A DNA stretch of 62,934 nucleotides, counting the filler, from Choristocarpus tenellus KU-1152 (lineage: Eukaryota; Protista; Phaeophyceae): the NCBI GenBank assembly GCA_964200185.2. It is 8 parts of 8 records of this genome, joined end to end, with 100 filler letters (N's around TTAATTAATTAA, not from the genome) between each part and the next. Parts side by side here need not be neighbours in the genome. Positions count along the whole stretch, not along the records: positions 1 to 31,520 come from CAXNAD020000081.1; 7 more parts are not named here. One strand, written 5' to 3'. Shown piece by piece: positions 1 to 12,200 of the stretch (positions within the stretch are counted from its first letter, which is position 1; every line of letters begins with the position of its first letter). A program made the translations under genes and the position numbers. The notes beneath the pieces were generated by a model. It searched no databases, had not been told where the DNA came from, and saw only the letters and a program-made list of their open reading frames with translations.

Positions 1-49
1 GGGGGGGCGCCCTCTCAAAGGCACTGATAACCATCTCAGATGCTGTCAG

Positions 50-696
50 GACATGATTCTTCTCATGCACAACGATGGGAGAGAGTTCACATGCAATAAG
101 CGAGTCACCGTCGATGACATCTTTGGCCACAGGAGTGATGCATCTCCTCCGGTACTCCAAACCATGTGTGACGTTGAGTACCAAGGTGCTGCAACGGACA
201 TCCCCATGAGGGCCCTCCACTACCTCGTTAACAGGTTCGTTAATAATGTCACACACACCCTTCTTCCCGGGAGCAGTGCCTTTTTTTGTATAGGTGTAGA
301 ACATCGTTAAATAGTAACACAACAAGCTGGGTGACGGTTCAGGGGCGTCAAACCATAACACGAGTGTGTTTCCCTGAATCAGTACGTTAAGCGTCAAACC
401 GCACCAAGAGTGTGTTGCCCTGTATCGGAACGTTACTCATACATTGCGATATGATGAATCCGTGCGCAATACAATGTACTCCTCGGATAATTGGCGAATT
501 GCCCTCCTATGATAGGTACACGAATGCTGGGGACACCGTCGTCTCCTTCATCGCAGAGAGGCACAATGTGGTGGAGGCAACCCTTGAATGGAGCAGCAGG
601 GTGGAAGTGTTTGTGTCCAACGCGGCGTCAAAGGACGAGGTGAAAGAGAAGATGGAGACCTCCTTCGGCCAAGCCTACAAGGACAGCAAGTGGAAG
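50..696 (+). CDS. Two internal exons (50-234, 516-696) of a protein resembling the C-terminal half of a beta-class N6-adenine/N4-cytosine DNA methyltransferase; SAM-binding motif degenerate; 5' part outside the window
   Basis: Splice sites are ctgtcag|GAC...AACAG|gttcgt and tatgatag|GTAC...TGGAAG|gtaaca, and the phase-2 join is in frame. The spliced peptide DMILLMH...TDIPMRALHYLVNRYTNAGDTVVSFIAERHNVVEATLEWSSRVEVFVSN matches by eye the MTase pattern E.ILVF.K...KPxxLxxYLIxxYTNxGDxVLDxFxGxG. Confidence 0.55.
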
Positions 697-891
697 GTAA
701 CAAGGGTGTGTTGGCTTTTTTTCCATTGCTTTCCAACTTGTTGTCTGTCTTGGTTCCCTATGGATAGGTCCCGGGCGTGCGATTGTTGTAGTGATGTTTC
801 CTTGTCGATGTTTACACGTTGCTAACACGGTGCATGCGGTGACCCACACCACAAACGGAAATCGCAAGACTTTGTGTGTGAGCGTCGGTAC

Positions 892-1264
892 GTCGTAATG
901 TCGACACTTTATCCCAGTCAATTTTGGGTCAAGCCCATCCTCAATGAAAAGCTCCATCCTCAATTTTTGAAATCGGCTGTTTTTTGCCTCCAGGCATTGC
1001 ACCACCACACTGTTCTTTGTTGGGGTGTTTGATTCTGGACCCCAGACAAACGTTTGGGGCAAAAATTGGAACCGATGGGCGATGATGGGATGAATGAGTC
1101 GCTCAAACGATGGGTGGCCTGTGTCCTAGGCATGCCAATAAACATCCACTTTGGTGGTTTCCGAAGGTTTTTGAACCTCGTCAAATGCGACTTGGTTGTC
1201 TTTGCATTGGTTATCCGACGCAGTGTTGACAGCCCACCATGTCAAATTGTCCATGCCTCCCAAT
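892..1264 (-). pseudogene. Exon-like ~124-codon frame with a single in-frame TAG; unknown product
   Basis: Flanked by catacag| and |gtaccg. Reads LGGMDNLTWWAVN...VYWHA*DTGHPSFERLIHP...KCRHYD. CpG-rich like the neighbouring MTase-like exons. Confidence 0.3.
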
Positions 1265-3288
1265 CTGTATGAGAACTAATCCTTATCCAGAGTTTTCTTT
1301 TCACATGGATCATTCTCGGAAAGAATGGACCTTGCAAATGTTTTGTTACATATAATTCCGAACAGAGGAAGTAGGCATTTAGTAAAAGTAGATGTGAATC
1401 GAATGGTACTACTACTACACTAGGTACAAACAACACCAGGTGTTCTCATAACTGGTAAGTATTGAAAAAAGTTCCTTTCTCGTTTTGAATAGAGGAGAAA
1501 AACACTTTTTTTTTTTAAACGTAGTGTGTTCCCTCATTAATATCTTTTCCTGTTGACTACAAAATACCATTTGCAGGGACCTATAAGAAAATTGGGTAAG
1601 GGTTATGAAAAGTGGGAAGTACTTTGTTGCTCATTTGGTTATGTTTCTTTCTGGGCCAAAACTAGCAGTATCACTATGTAGTTCTGTTTTTCTGAACTAC
1701 ACTGTCGTATAGTCTTTAGCATGTAGATACGGATTCTGTGACATGTTTCTTCTATCATTTGTTCCATCTTTCTCTTTGTCAAGGGGTTCAAAAGACCCTT
1801 AGGGTGATGTAAAAACATGTGAAGATAGTTTATGAGTAGTCTAACATTGATACACCCCTGAATTACATTTGTCACCACCATTATGGTTTGCCAAAGTCAT
1901 TTTCAGTCACCTATATTTAAATGTAAGTCTGTCTTTGATCCTAAGATGCACAAAATCTAGGCACAAAAAAATTGCAAGTACAGGTGGGCTATTTTTCGAA
2001 GGTGAAGTGTGGCTCATTTGCATTTTGAATCTTTTTGGTGTCAGGAAAGAACTACATGTCCGTATATATAAATGGTTGCCATATCCAACAAGTCTTCAAA
2101 AAGCGATTTTTCTCGTTTTTATGGATATAATAAATAGAACAGAAATATAACTGAGTCACACATAATAGCCCGAGAAAAAATGCTCCCACCCCAAATAGAA
2201 GTAATTGCAGTTTTCAGGAGTAAAAATACTGTACACCATAAGAGACAACATATGTACACAGTTGCTTATTCTATTGCTAATACTGCGAGTAAGTGAAAAT
2301 ACACAGCATGCAAAGGAAGAGGCAATTCACCACACTCGCTCACAAATATTTTAGTATCACTGACACAGAAGGATATTGTTCCCTGCAAGGTTCTGAAAAC
2401 GCAACACAAGGGAAACAAAAAATGTAAGGGATGCAAGCACACACTGACGCCATGCCACATCAAGCTTTATTTAATTGTAGTTCTCACGAGCGACATATCC
2501 TATTACCCATCCAAAAGGACAATTTTGTTCATACGAGAAAATTCTTTTCCCTTCAATTTTCCAGGTTTGGAAGTTAGTCCTGATTTTTAAAAAATTGTGT
2601 TATGTGTACATAGTAACACAGATCTAAAGCCAACCTAGCAATGCACTAGATAATGTCTCAACACTGGAGCCTCTCTCAAATGTGCCTTGCAGGCAGGATA
2701 AACACTACTATCTGAAGCAAGGCTCCTTTGTGTCATGATCTGCTAGAAGGTCAATTGTGTTTTTCAACCTCTACATCAAAACTAATAGAAAAACCAAGGT
2801 AAGAGGGTGAATATCACATCAAGCACTAATGATAAGTCAAATAGTTTCCATTTCTCCTACAGCCCTTACCGTCATCAACATCACCCATGTGTTTACCAAG
2901 CAACGACTGTCTGTCCATGTCAGGCCCCATCCTCCAAGAAAGGGAAAAAAGAATGAACAGCTCATTCATCAACAGAATATGTCATCACAACTAAAAGACA
3001 AAGGTGGCCAAAAACGGGCAGACAGATAAAAAAAAATCTATCCCCAACTAAAAAATACATTTTGTTACCCTGCACATGCCAATGTAGCAAAAAACAGGAA
3101 AAACATGCCCCACACCGTGGTTGTATGTACGCCTTGCTCTTGCACACAACCTCGGGGGCAAAGATCTTCAATACTCTGTGCCAGGTTGTGATAAGTATGG
3201 CAAAGCAAGTTAGAGCCTACAAAGTGTGCTTGTTGAAGCACAACTCACACAAAAAGGCAGAGAAAAGGGTCCTGGCACAATACCACCA

Positions 3289-6200
3289 TCAAAAAACAGA
3301 TGAGCTTGTCACCGGACGGACTTTTCGATTACCATCCCCCCCACCCATCTGGCTTTGTGTCAACCGCTTGGTAATGTGACGATGCTTGAGTGGAAGCTTA
3401 AAAGCAACCTCAAGGATCTGCAAGAGCAGAGGAACAATACCATGCAGCAAAAGGAGGCAAGTGTAGGGTTACATCTTTCACCTGATGTTTAGAAATATTG
3501 TGGTGACTTAACAACTCAACAAAACTCAGACATCTAGTTCATTTTTCGTACATGGTCCTTTTCTAGATGACATACAGCAACAATCCAAGAAAATGTATCA
3601 AGTATATATTTCAGATATTGAGCGAAGGGCAAGCCACTGTGAGTGCCATTTCTTTTAGATACCCACAAAAAAATAAAGTTCACTGCCATTGTTTCAGCCC
3701 TGCTTTAGGGGGCTCTACTCAGGTTGCCTGAGCACTGTCTCATGAATTGCAGAGGAAAACATTATGATCTCATTATGATGAAGAGTACAAAAAGAAGAGC
3801 AAAAAATTAATGCTGCATACTCCATGTCCCTGTGCAAGGTCCAAACACCAAAAATTTGAATTCCCACATAAGAAGCATCAGCACATTCTCAACCCAATCA
3901 GAACATTGACAATTGGTTAACACCACTTATCAAGCAGTTTGAAAGATGCAGTTTCCAATGCCAAACTTACTTTTATGGATATAATGTATACTTAGTAGCA
4001 GTGGTAACTATACTTTGTGCGGGTTCCAAGGCCAAAAAAAAATGTCCTTCCTGTTGCGAAAGAAGAGCTTGCTGCAAGAACAATAATTGTGACAACAGAA
4101 AAGCTCTGGAACGGGAGCAGGGTGAAAATAAGTAAATTCAGACAGCACAATGGTATACAAAATTACCTTTGCCGTATCTACAGAAGGAGGTAAGTTTCTC
4201 AATGTCACATTCATTTCCTCTAGGTTGAGCTGTACCACCTCCTCTTCCACAGACCTGAAAAAGGTATCATATGAATAGGTGTATAAAGAGCAAAACATGA
4301 GCAATCACATCGGCTAACCGCAAAAATAGGGAGTGCTGTAAGGCACCATGCAATGAGAAACATAGTATAAATATCAAAAATGGGCTAGAATAAAATTCCT
4401 AGCAAAATGCTGTTAAGTGACCCCTCAAGGTTTGTTATCAAGGAATATCTCAACAACTGACATGACATCAGGCAGGGATGCAAAAGAAGTCAAGTCATGG
4501 GGTATACTTAGAAAGTAGGACAGATTACTCGAATCAGAGCAACATAAAATTACAATGCACAAAGGGTTGAATACTTCAGTCACTTCACCATTACCAGACC
4601 TCTGTCACATAAATAGAACTTACTTGAATAAGGCCAGGCATACACGATAGAAAATCTTCCAGTCCTCAAGAAGGAAGATGTCCCATACCCTAGTCACCAG
4701 ATCGTAAGGGAATCTCTGTGTAAAAGCTGTGAGGAACCACTGAGTGGCATACCTGCAACACATAGTGGATAGGATCAGCATTCATTAGAGTAGAGAAGTC
4801 CTCATAAATAGGGGAAAACACTAACAACAAGCTCCTGAAACCATGTCCTGAATATATCTCTTATTCACAAAAAGGTCAAACGTAGTTGCATCATATACTG
4901 GCTGAGAGTGTCCTTCATCACTTCAAGATAAATAGTTTTAAATGACAGTCTACAATGTCTGATACACAAAATCCGAGCAGTACTAAGCGAATGAGAAGTC
5001 GGCAACATGATGTATGCAGTTTGACTTCACAGACGAGGGTCCAGAATAGAGATGGTGTTTAGTAAGTGTTTGAAATGATGGGGAGCTATACTCTGCAAAC
5101 CCTCAAATATATTGGAAAATCAGCGCTTCCAACCTAGTAGAATATTGGTTTGTGAGCAGCAAGGATGTTTCAAGATCTGACTCCAACTAATATCATCATA
5201 CTGACCCGCCAATCAATCAGAGTAAGCGACAGTATCAAGGACCAAGACGGTATTGAGACGGTATTGAGCAACGCCTAGCAACACAAGATATGTGTAGAAA
5301 TATACATACACCTACGGGGTAGGGAATTTGAAAGAAACATCTGACCCATATTAAGCGAGAGGCTGTGGTCCAATCTTTGACCAAAACAGAGGTCTGTTCC
5401 CGATACACAATGAACAAGAAATATCAGCAAATCATCCGTAGTATCATGAATTGCTGGCTTTGTTGACCCCAAAGTGGTCCTGCATGGACCATAGCTAAGG
5501 TCTGCACATGGTCCTACATTGTTCAGGATGCTGATCACACCCATTTCTAAAAAAATGGTATCTTCTTTACTGTCGAGTGGCGAATGTAACCTCAACACCA
5601 AGGTTGGTTCAGAAGTGGTTCTAGACCCCAAGGAGGAGAAAAGCATGCCAATATGTTTTCTGTTTGCAAAGGAAAACAGTCTAAATGTAAGGCCAGGGAT
5701 TGAAACAAGCTGAGTCAAATCACTGGGGGAGGGCACAACTTGCCATGGGATGTGCAAATGGAGCCTGGCAATGCCAATTATAGGAAGTTCACAAAATGCA
5801 CAACAAGCACATCGCTGTTAAGAAATGTGGGATTTACCAGACTAATGGCAAGCAAGTACCACCGTGGGCCTCTTGAACCTGTTTTAAACGCTGTGAAGGC
5901 AACCTTTGAAACATAAACTTTGACCCCAATTATATCTGGAATATAGAGAGACAAATGCGATATGTGAGTTTTCTTCAGATTAAAATACCATGGTCTTTCA
6001 GAGGAAGCTGGCATGGAAGCGAATGCAAACTCTGAACCATTTTCAAAGTGTCCCACCCCAACTGGATGAGACATTTTTCAGGCAACCAGGGGGACAAGTG
6101 TTATAGACAGCAAGCATGTAAAGGCCGGTCACACCATGCATATCTTTCTTGGTTCTACTATTATCCTTCAGTTGAACACTTACCGCATATATAAATCATT

Positions 6201-9200
6201 TCTCTCCTTACACCTTTGTTTTTCACCTCTTCACTACACTTAACCACAGCCCTGAGACCACTCACCATGACGTGAAGATACTGATACTACCAATACTACT
6301 CAAAATATGATGTAAAAAGAAATCTTTCCTATTCATCGGGGCTCCAAAAGTTATGTTACATTTAATTCTGAACAGAGGAAATCAAAGATTTGAAGACTCC
6401 AATGTAACATACCATAGGGCATCTAGAGAGGGTGTGTTGATATGAAGAAATACTGCTCACACTCCCTCAAGTCTGCATGAACGCCTGCTTTAGCCAAGTT
6501 CTGTAGAGGGCAATAGAGTACACACCACTACCCAGTAGGAATATACTAAGGTGGCATAATACATTCACTCATGTAACACAAACTGCTATTAGTGTAACAC
6601 ATGTATATCTTGCATCCAGCAACAAACTACACACATACTTAACAATGTTATTCAAACTACCTGGAAGACATTAGGACCTGCTGCCCTCCCTATGCTATGC
6701 CTTAATAGGAACACCTGGAATCTTTGCCAACACTGATCTGAAATAGTATGCTGAACCATAACTGATTTCCACATTTGTGACCCAATGTTGTCCTTAAGAG
6801 TGCAATGGGCATTTCTACACTGACCAGTATCAAACAAGGATAAACTGAGCTGATCAACACAACCTACTTGACTCTGCTACAAACCGTTATACAATCTTCT
6901 ATCTCAAAAAAAGTTCAGGGGAATTGCAAATGAACCAAAAACACCCACACTCTACCAGATTGAACAATACACTTAGACAAACTAAGGTTCACACATTTCC
7001 ATCAGTTACACTTCCCAAATATTTCTTTGGTTCCACTCACATTGATGGAGTAAGACCATTAGATGTAATGTGCACGTGGAACTTCTTGCAGAACTTGCCT
7101 GTCAAAGAGTCAATAGCATACTGGAACTCCTGTACCTAGTTTGGGCATACCACATAGGGGGAAAGGTTTACAACACAGGGGGGGAGGGGGGGCTTGGTAT
7201 GGGATATCGCGCACCAGAATTTTTTACTCTGGAAAAAGGACTCTCAAATGGGCCATCTAGTTTCAATCTCCTTTTATTGTAACATGCAGGGCATGCAATT
7301 TCGACAACTTGATGTTTAAACTCTTACCACGCCTTGTAACATTGAACATGAAAGTGTAAAGTCTCAACCTTGCCATACATCCAATGGTAAACGAGAAGAA
7401 AAAAAAATACTTCAAAAAATAATTACCAGTTCTGGAATATTGAACCAACATAACATGACACCTTAATGCAGGCATCTGACCAAAACAAGCAATCACAAAT
7501 AATAACTCCAAGAAGTCAGGAGACAGAAAACACGTATCAACCCTTACATACTACCTCAGCCAAATCAATAAGTGTATCAAAAACTCTGAGTCACCCTCTA
7601 GCAATGGCAGCACCTTGATCATGCCAGGTAGGAATAAATCCCGAAGGGGAGCCTGGGTACGGTGCATGACAGCAACCAGTAGCCAAAACGCATTTTCCTC
7701 AGGCATATAAAGGAGGAATAGCGCACAGATGTAGTTCATACCCTGACAATACTGTACCTAGGGGGGTCAAGTGGTTATGAACAGGGAAGGAATTGGTGTT
7801 ATCGAAAGCCGTGGAGGTTGTGAAACTATTGATGGAAAGTGTAGAAACCCATTGACAATAGGAGGATATCCTACTACCTCAGAATATAATACCCACAAGT
7901 GCTCAAAGTCAACGATATCACAAATGAATTGTTTTTTGCTTGAGACTCTCTCCCATGACGACAGACAAAATGAAGCGATCTGGCATGAGAAACTTTTGTT
8001 CCACAATTCATGTCACATTTCGTAGGAATAGTAAAAAAAATGACGCATTTTGCAAAGCATGTCCATCGAACCTCTCAATAGTTGTGTGTCAGTTCTGTTG
8101 TTGTCACACCATATGTATACATTTTTTCAAGCATAAATGAAGATGGGGAGGGACCTTGTACCAACCTAGGACTAAGTTGCCACGTAAGTAGGTATATATG
8201 TAACACACAACATAGGTGCCATGAGGTAAGAATTCATTTCAAATACTAAACATCTTAACGCCTCCAGAGGTGCAGAAAACCTCCTGCTTTTGGTTATTTT
8301 CTGGTCTATTGAAGTAGTTTTGGTTTTTTTCCATATTGAATATATCACATCAATGTCAAGTGCACACGTGTGGAATGTGGGCGCTGCAAATATCTGCTCC
8401 TCACACACATATCTGGATGTATATCTGGATGTATTTACACGCATCTAAGAGCAAAACCCAGCATGCCATCAATATGGACATAAGGTAATCTCACAAAATA
8501 GAGTACCTTAGACTATGGGTAGTCATTTTGAGTCAACCTGTGCTGCAGTTTAAAGACACCCATTTCTGTGTATGTCAGTCTGAAGTGATGTTCCATTAGA
8601 AACTACAAACAACACTAAACTTGATTGCCCCAACAAAACACGCAGTAGTCATACAACCCTCTAACTCCCTGCAACTCGACATGGTCTAGAGGAGGAGAGT
8701 CAACCCTTGTGTAGGTCTATTGGACTCATTGAACTTAGAGTGCCCTTGTGGCTCAGTGGTTGAGGCTCAGCATTCCTTCAAGGCATTAACAGGATTTAAC
8801 TCAGTGTTCACTGAACAGGATTCCTTTCAAGGACGTCCGGTTTAAACAAACAAAAGTCCGCTTGGCACCGAATACAGATTGTACGCTTGTAAATACCCTC
8901 CATGTCTCGGTACCACAAGAACGTGGGAAACTGACAGAAGTCGCCAAGGCTTCATTGCAGTGCAGCATCAAGGTGACTACGGCACAAAATTAAAAGGAAA
9001 AGGTGAATGAGCGGTAGGATGGTTGAACCAAACGCTTGAGAAGTTATGGACGGAGGCAGTGCAATTATTGATAGTACAAGAGTTAGCTGCTAGTAAAACT
9101 CCTGACCAGAAGTGGTGGTCCATAGTGAAATGTGTCTGAAGATGTGTTGTGCTAGTAATTTGGCTAAAGATACGATAAGTTCTCTTTAGGTTAGGGTTAG

Positions 9201-12200
9201 GGTGTTCTTGCGTAACAGCCGTTAAAATGATCTGTAACATTGGAGACGGGATCTGCAGAATACATAAAAAAAAATAGTACTACTTATTTACAAATACAAG
9301 AGGACCAAGGTGATGAACTGTGCCTACTGTGACTACCTGACTCTCTGTACATAACTCTCCAGTGGTATCTAAATTTTTGACAAATCATAATCCGTTATCT
9401 AAATCAGAGGCTGAGAACTTTCGCAGCATAATCCGTTTTCCATCACTCCACTAATCCCATATTCCTTCATAGAGTCCATCTCAATCTTCGAATTCCCACT
9501 GAGACAGTACCCCAGACACTTGTATACACATTCTACATATATCCTCCCCCCACAGGGAGTCAAGAAAGGGGTCCAGCCAGGATTCGATCCCATAACCTCT
9601 TGGGTGTGAAACATTCAGAGACCGCTGTTCCACTAAAGTTCCACTAATGTTCCACTTAAGTTCCACTAAAAAAGGCAGTTACGCAACTGTGTGACCCAGT
9701 GGAACAGTGGTCTCTGAATGTTTCACACCCAAGCATAAAATAAAGGAAGCAGGCATCATTCTTTGAACACCAGTTTACTCAACTGCACACTGCAAGGGTC
9801 TTAGGAGAGAGGTTCTACAAAAAAATGTGCATTTCTGGCTCAAACAAAAAAATGTACGGTACAGTCTGCAGCAACGCTCCTCGGTCAACTTTAGCCATTG
9901 CAACATTTAGGACAACTTTAGCAGCCATTGCAACATTTAGGACATCTTTAGCCATTGCAACATTTAGGACAACTTTAGCCATTGCAACATTTAGGACATC
10001 TCAGGGTGCTATCCATGATGCCCCTTGGAGGTCAACTCTGTACTAAGACCTCTCAAATGTTCATTTCCAGTTGGTAGTGGATCAAGATAATGTCTCAGTA
10101 TGAATTTCAATACCATAGTATTCATAATCCTTTATATTCATAATCCTTTTGCGATTACCATCTAAAGAATGACATTTTGAATTTGCTGATTCAGCAGTCA
10201 GCTTAACCTACAGCACATCATGCAAGGGAAAAACTTTTTGGGACAGAGGAATATAAATCATTAAAAATAATGACTCTTGCTTAACCTGTTGCCTGTAATT
10301 AATCACCACAACATGAATTTACTAGAATAAACTACTAGTAGCACAAAGAAAGCATCACCAACAGCAGTTGATTGCTGGCAGATAATCCTTTTGCACCACC
10401 ATGATGAGAATATTGCATGGATTGTAAATTGTGACTTGTTGCAGTCCATTGCATCCATCTATCCATCATATTCCTCTATTCAGCACACTGATATGACACT
10501 GACAAGTAGTCAGGAACACAAACCAAAAATAGAGGACTGGTTAATTCTTTCATTAACCTCAACAACAGAGTATGCATGGGGTAGTTGACCTCCATTCCAT
10601 AAAACGTTCCTTACGTGTGCATTGTGCCATGTCTGCTAGATGCCCATGTCAAAACAATCATGAAGAGTGTTTCATGAGCCTCTGTATTGCAGGCCCTCTC
10701 ATCATGGTTGGGCATACAATGTTTACATTCACAGTATGTGGCCTTCTCTCTGCCCCCCAGAATCATGGGTAAGGTTCACCAAATTTTGGAAGAACACGAA
10801 TTTTCAAGAGAAGGTAGCTTTAATGAAATTAGGAGTGCGTGTACAAATTGGTGAGGTGGATGATTGTCTTGATGAAGAGGACCACAGAGGAGTGGGTTGG
10901 AAATGGGAACAAGGCAAAGGAGATGTTTCTGCAGTAGTGTAACCGGATAATCAGTACCATTAACAAAAACTAACAATAAACAACAAAATGGGCAGCAGGA
11001 ACACAAGCGTAGTGACCAAAGGAAGGATGTTTGTGAACACAACAACCTTGTGGATGTTAGTGGTTCAACAACCTTGTGGATGCTAGTGGTTCAACAACCT
11101 TGTGGATGCTAGTGGTTCAACAACCTTGTGGATGCTAGTGGTTCAACAACCTTGTGGATGTTAGTGGTTCAACAACCTTATGGATGCTAGTGGTTCAACA
11201 ACCTTGTGGATGCTAGTGGTTCAACAACCTTGTGGATGTTAGTGGTTCAACAACCTTGTGGATGCTAGTGGTTCAACAACCTTGTGGATGTTAGTGGTTC
11301 AACAACCTTGTGGATGCTAGTGGTTCAACAACCTTGTGCAAAAAACCACTCAAGGCAGGCACTTTCAAAAGCCTGAAAGCTTGCACTGCACTGTATGATA
11401 GCTGTATGAACCTCCATCATCACAAGTGTTCACCAGAGGAATATTAAGGGTTGTGGCATACAAGCTCCAACTTGGGATCAATTCACTCCCTTCAAGTGTA
11501 ACACTAGGAATTCAGTGTAGCCTTCTGTTCCTCTCAACATGAACACTTTGGCATAGCACGGCCACCTCTTGTGTGCATTGGTTTAAGATGATTATTGGAG
11601 ATTATTATAAATGCATGCAATTCAATTGACTGGATAAGACAGGATAGAAACCAGTGGTCAACGCTAGGCAGAGACGAGAGAAGCTTAATCTCTAACAACC
11701 ACAATGTTAAACCAGCAACAAGAGGGATAGGGGGTGCCCCTACCTAACAAACAAGAAGCAAAGCTTGTCCTAGCATAAAAATACTACCCTATGAGAATAA
11801 ATCAATTACTGTGCCAATAATCTCAATGACTCTCAAAATGACTGGAGTAGAATTAGACAAGTTCTGACAAGGTTACTAAGGAGGGGTGTTTGATAACAGG
11901 AACAATCTGTGTATAGTGTAATTAATCCACAGACAGTCACAACTATGTGACCTTACTACCCACATAAAAGGCTAAAGAAAAGAACAAATTCAGTCTCTTT
12001 AGTTATACACACCTCCCTGTCATATCTGCCATAAGCAGTCAGAACTCTCCTCAGCATGTTCCTCCCATGTACCCCAGTCTTCTTGCAGAACATCTCATGG
12101 TCATACATTGTTCTAGGTACATCTTCCTCAATAGGGCCATCAACCTGCCACAATAATTATAAGATGTTGCAATGACATGGTGGTAAAAGAACAGCAGGAA

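Noticed and set aside
5240-5900. Gypsy RNase H/integrase relic
   Set aside because: HLRGREF and RPGI...CH resemble the motifs but are too short and degraded to support.
9186-9202. Telomere (TTAGGG units; also near 32109 and 58320)
   Set aside because: Only two or three interstitial units, not a terminal array.
11041-11338. CRISPR array
   Set aside because: Units are contiguous with no unique spacers, there are no cas genes, and the repeat lies in a eukaryotic intron.
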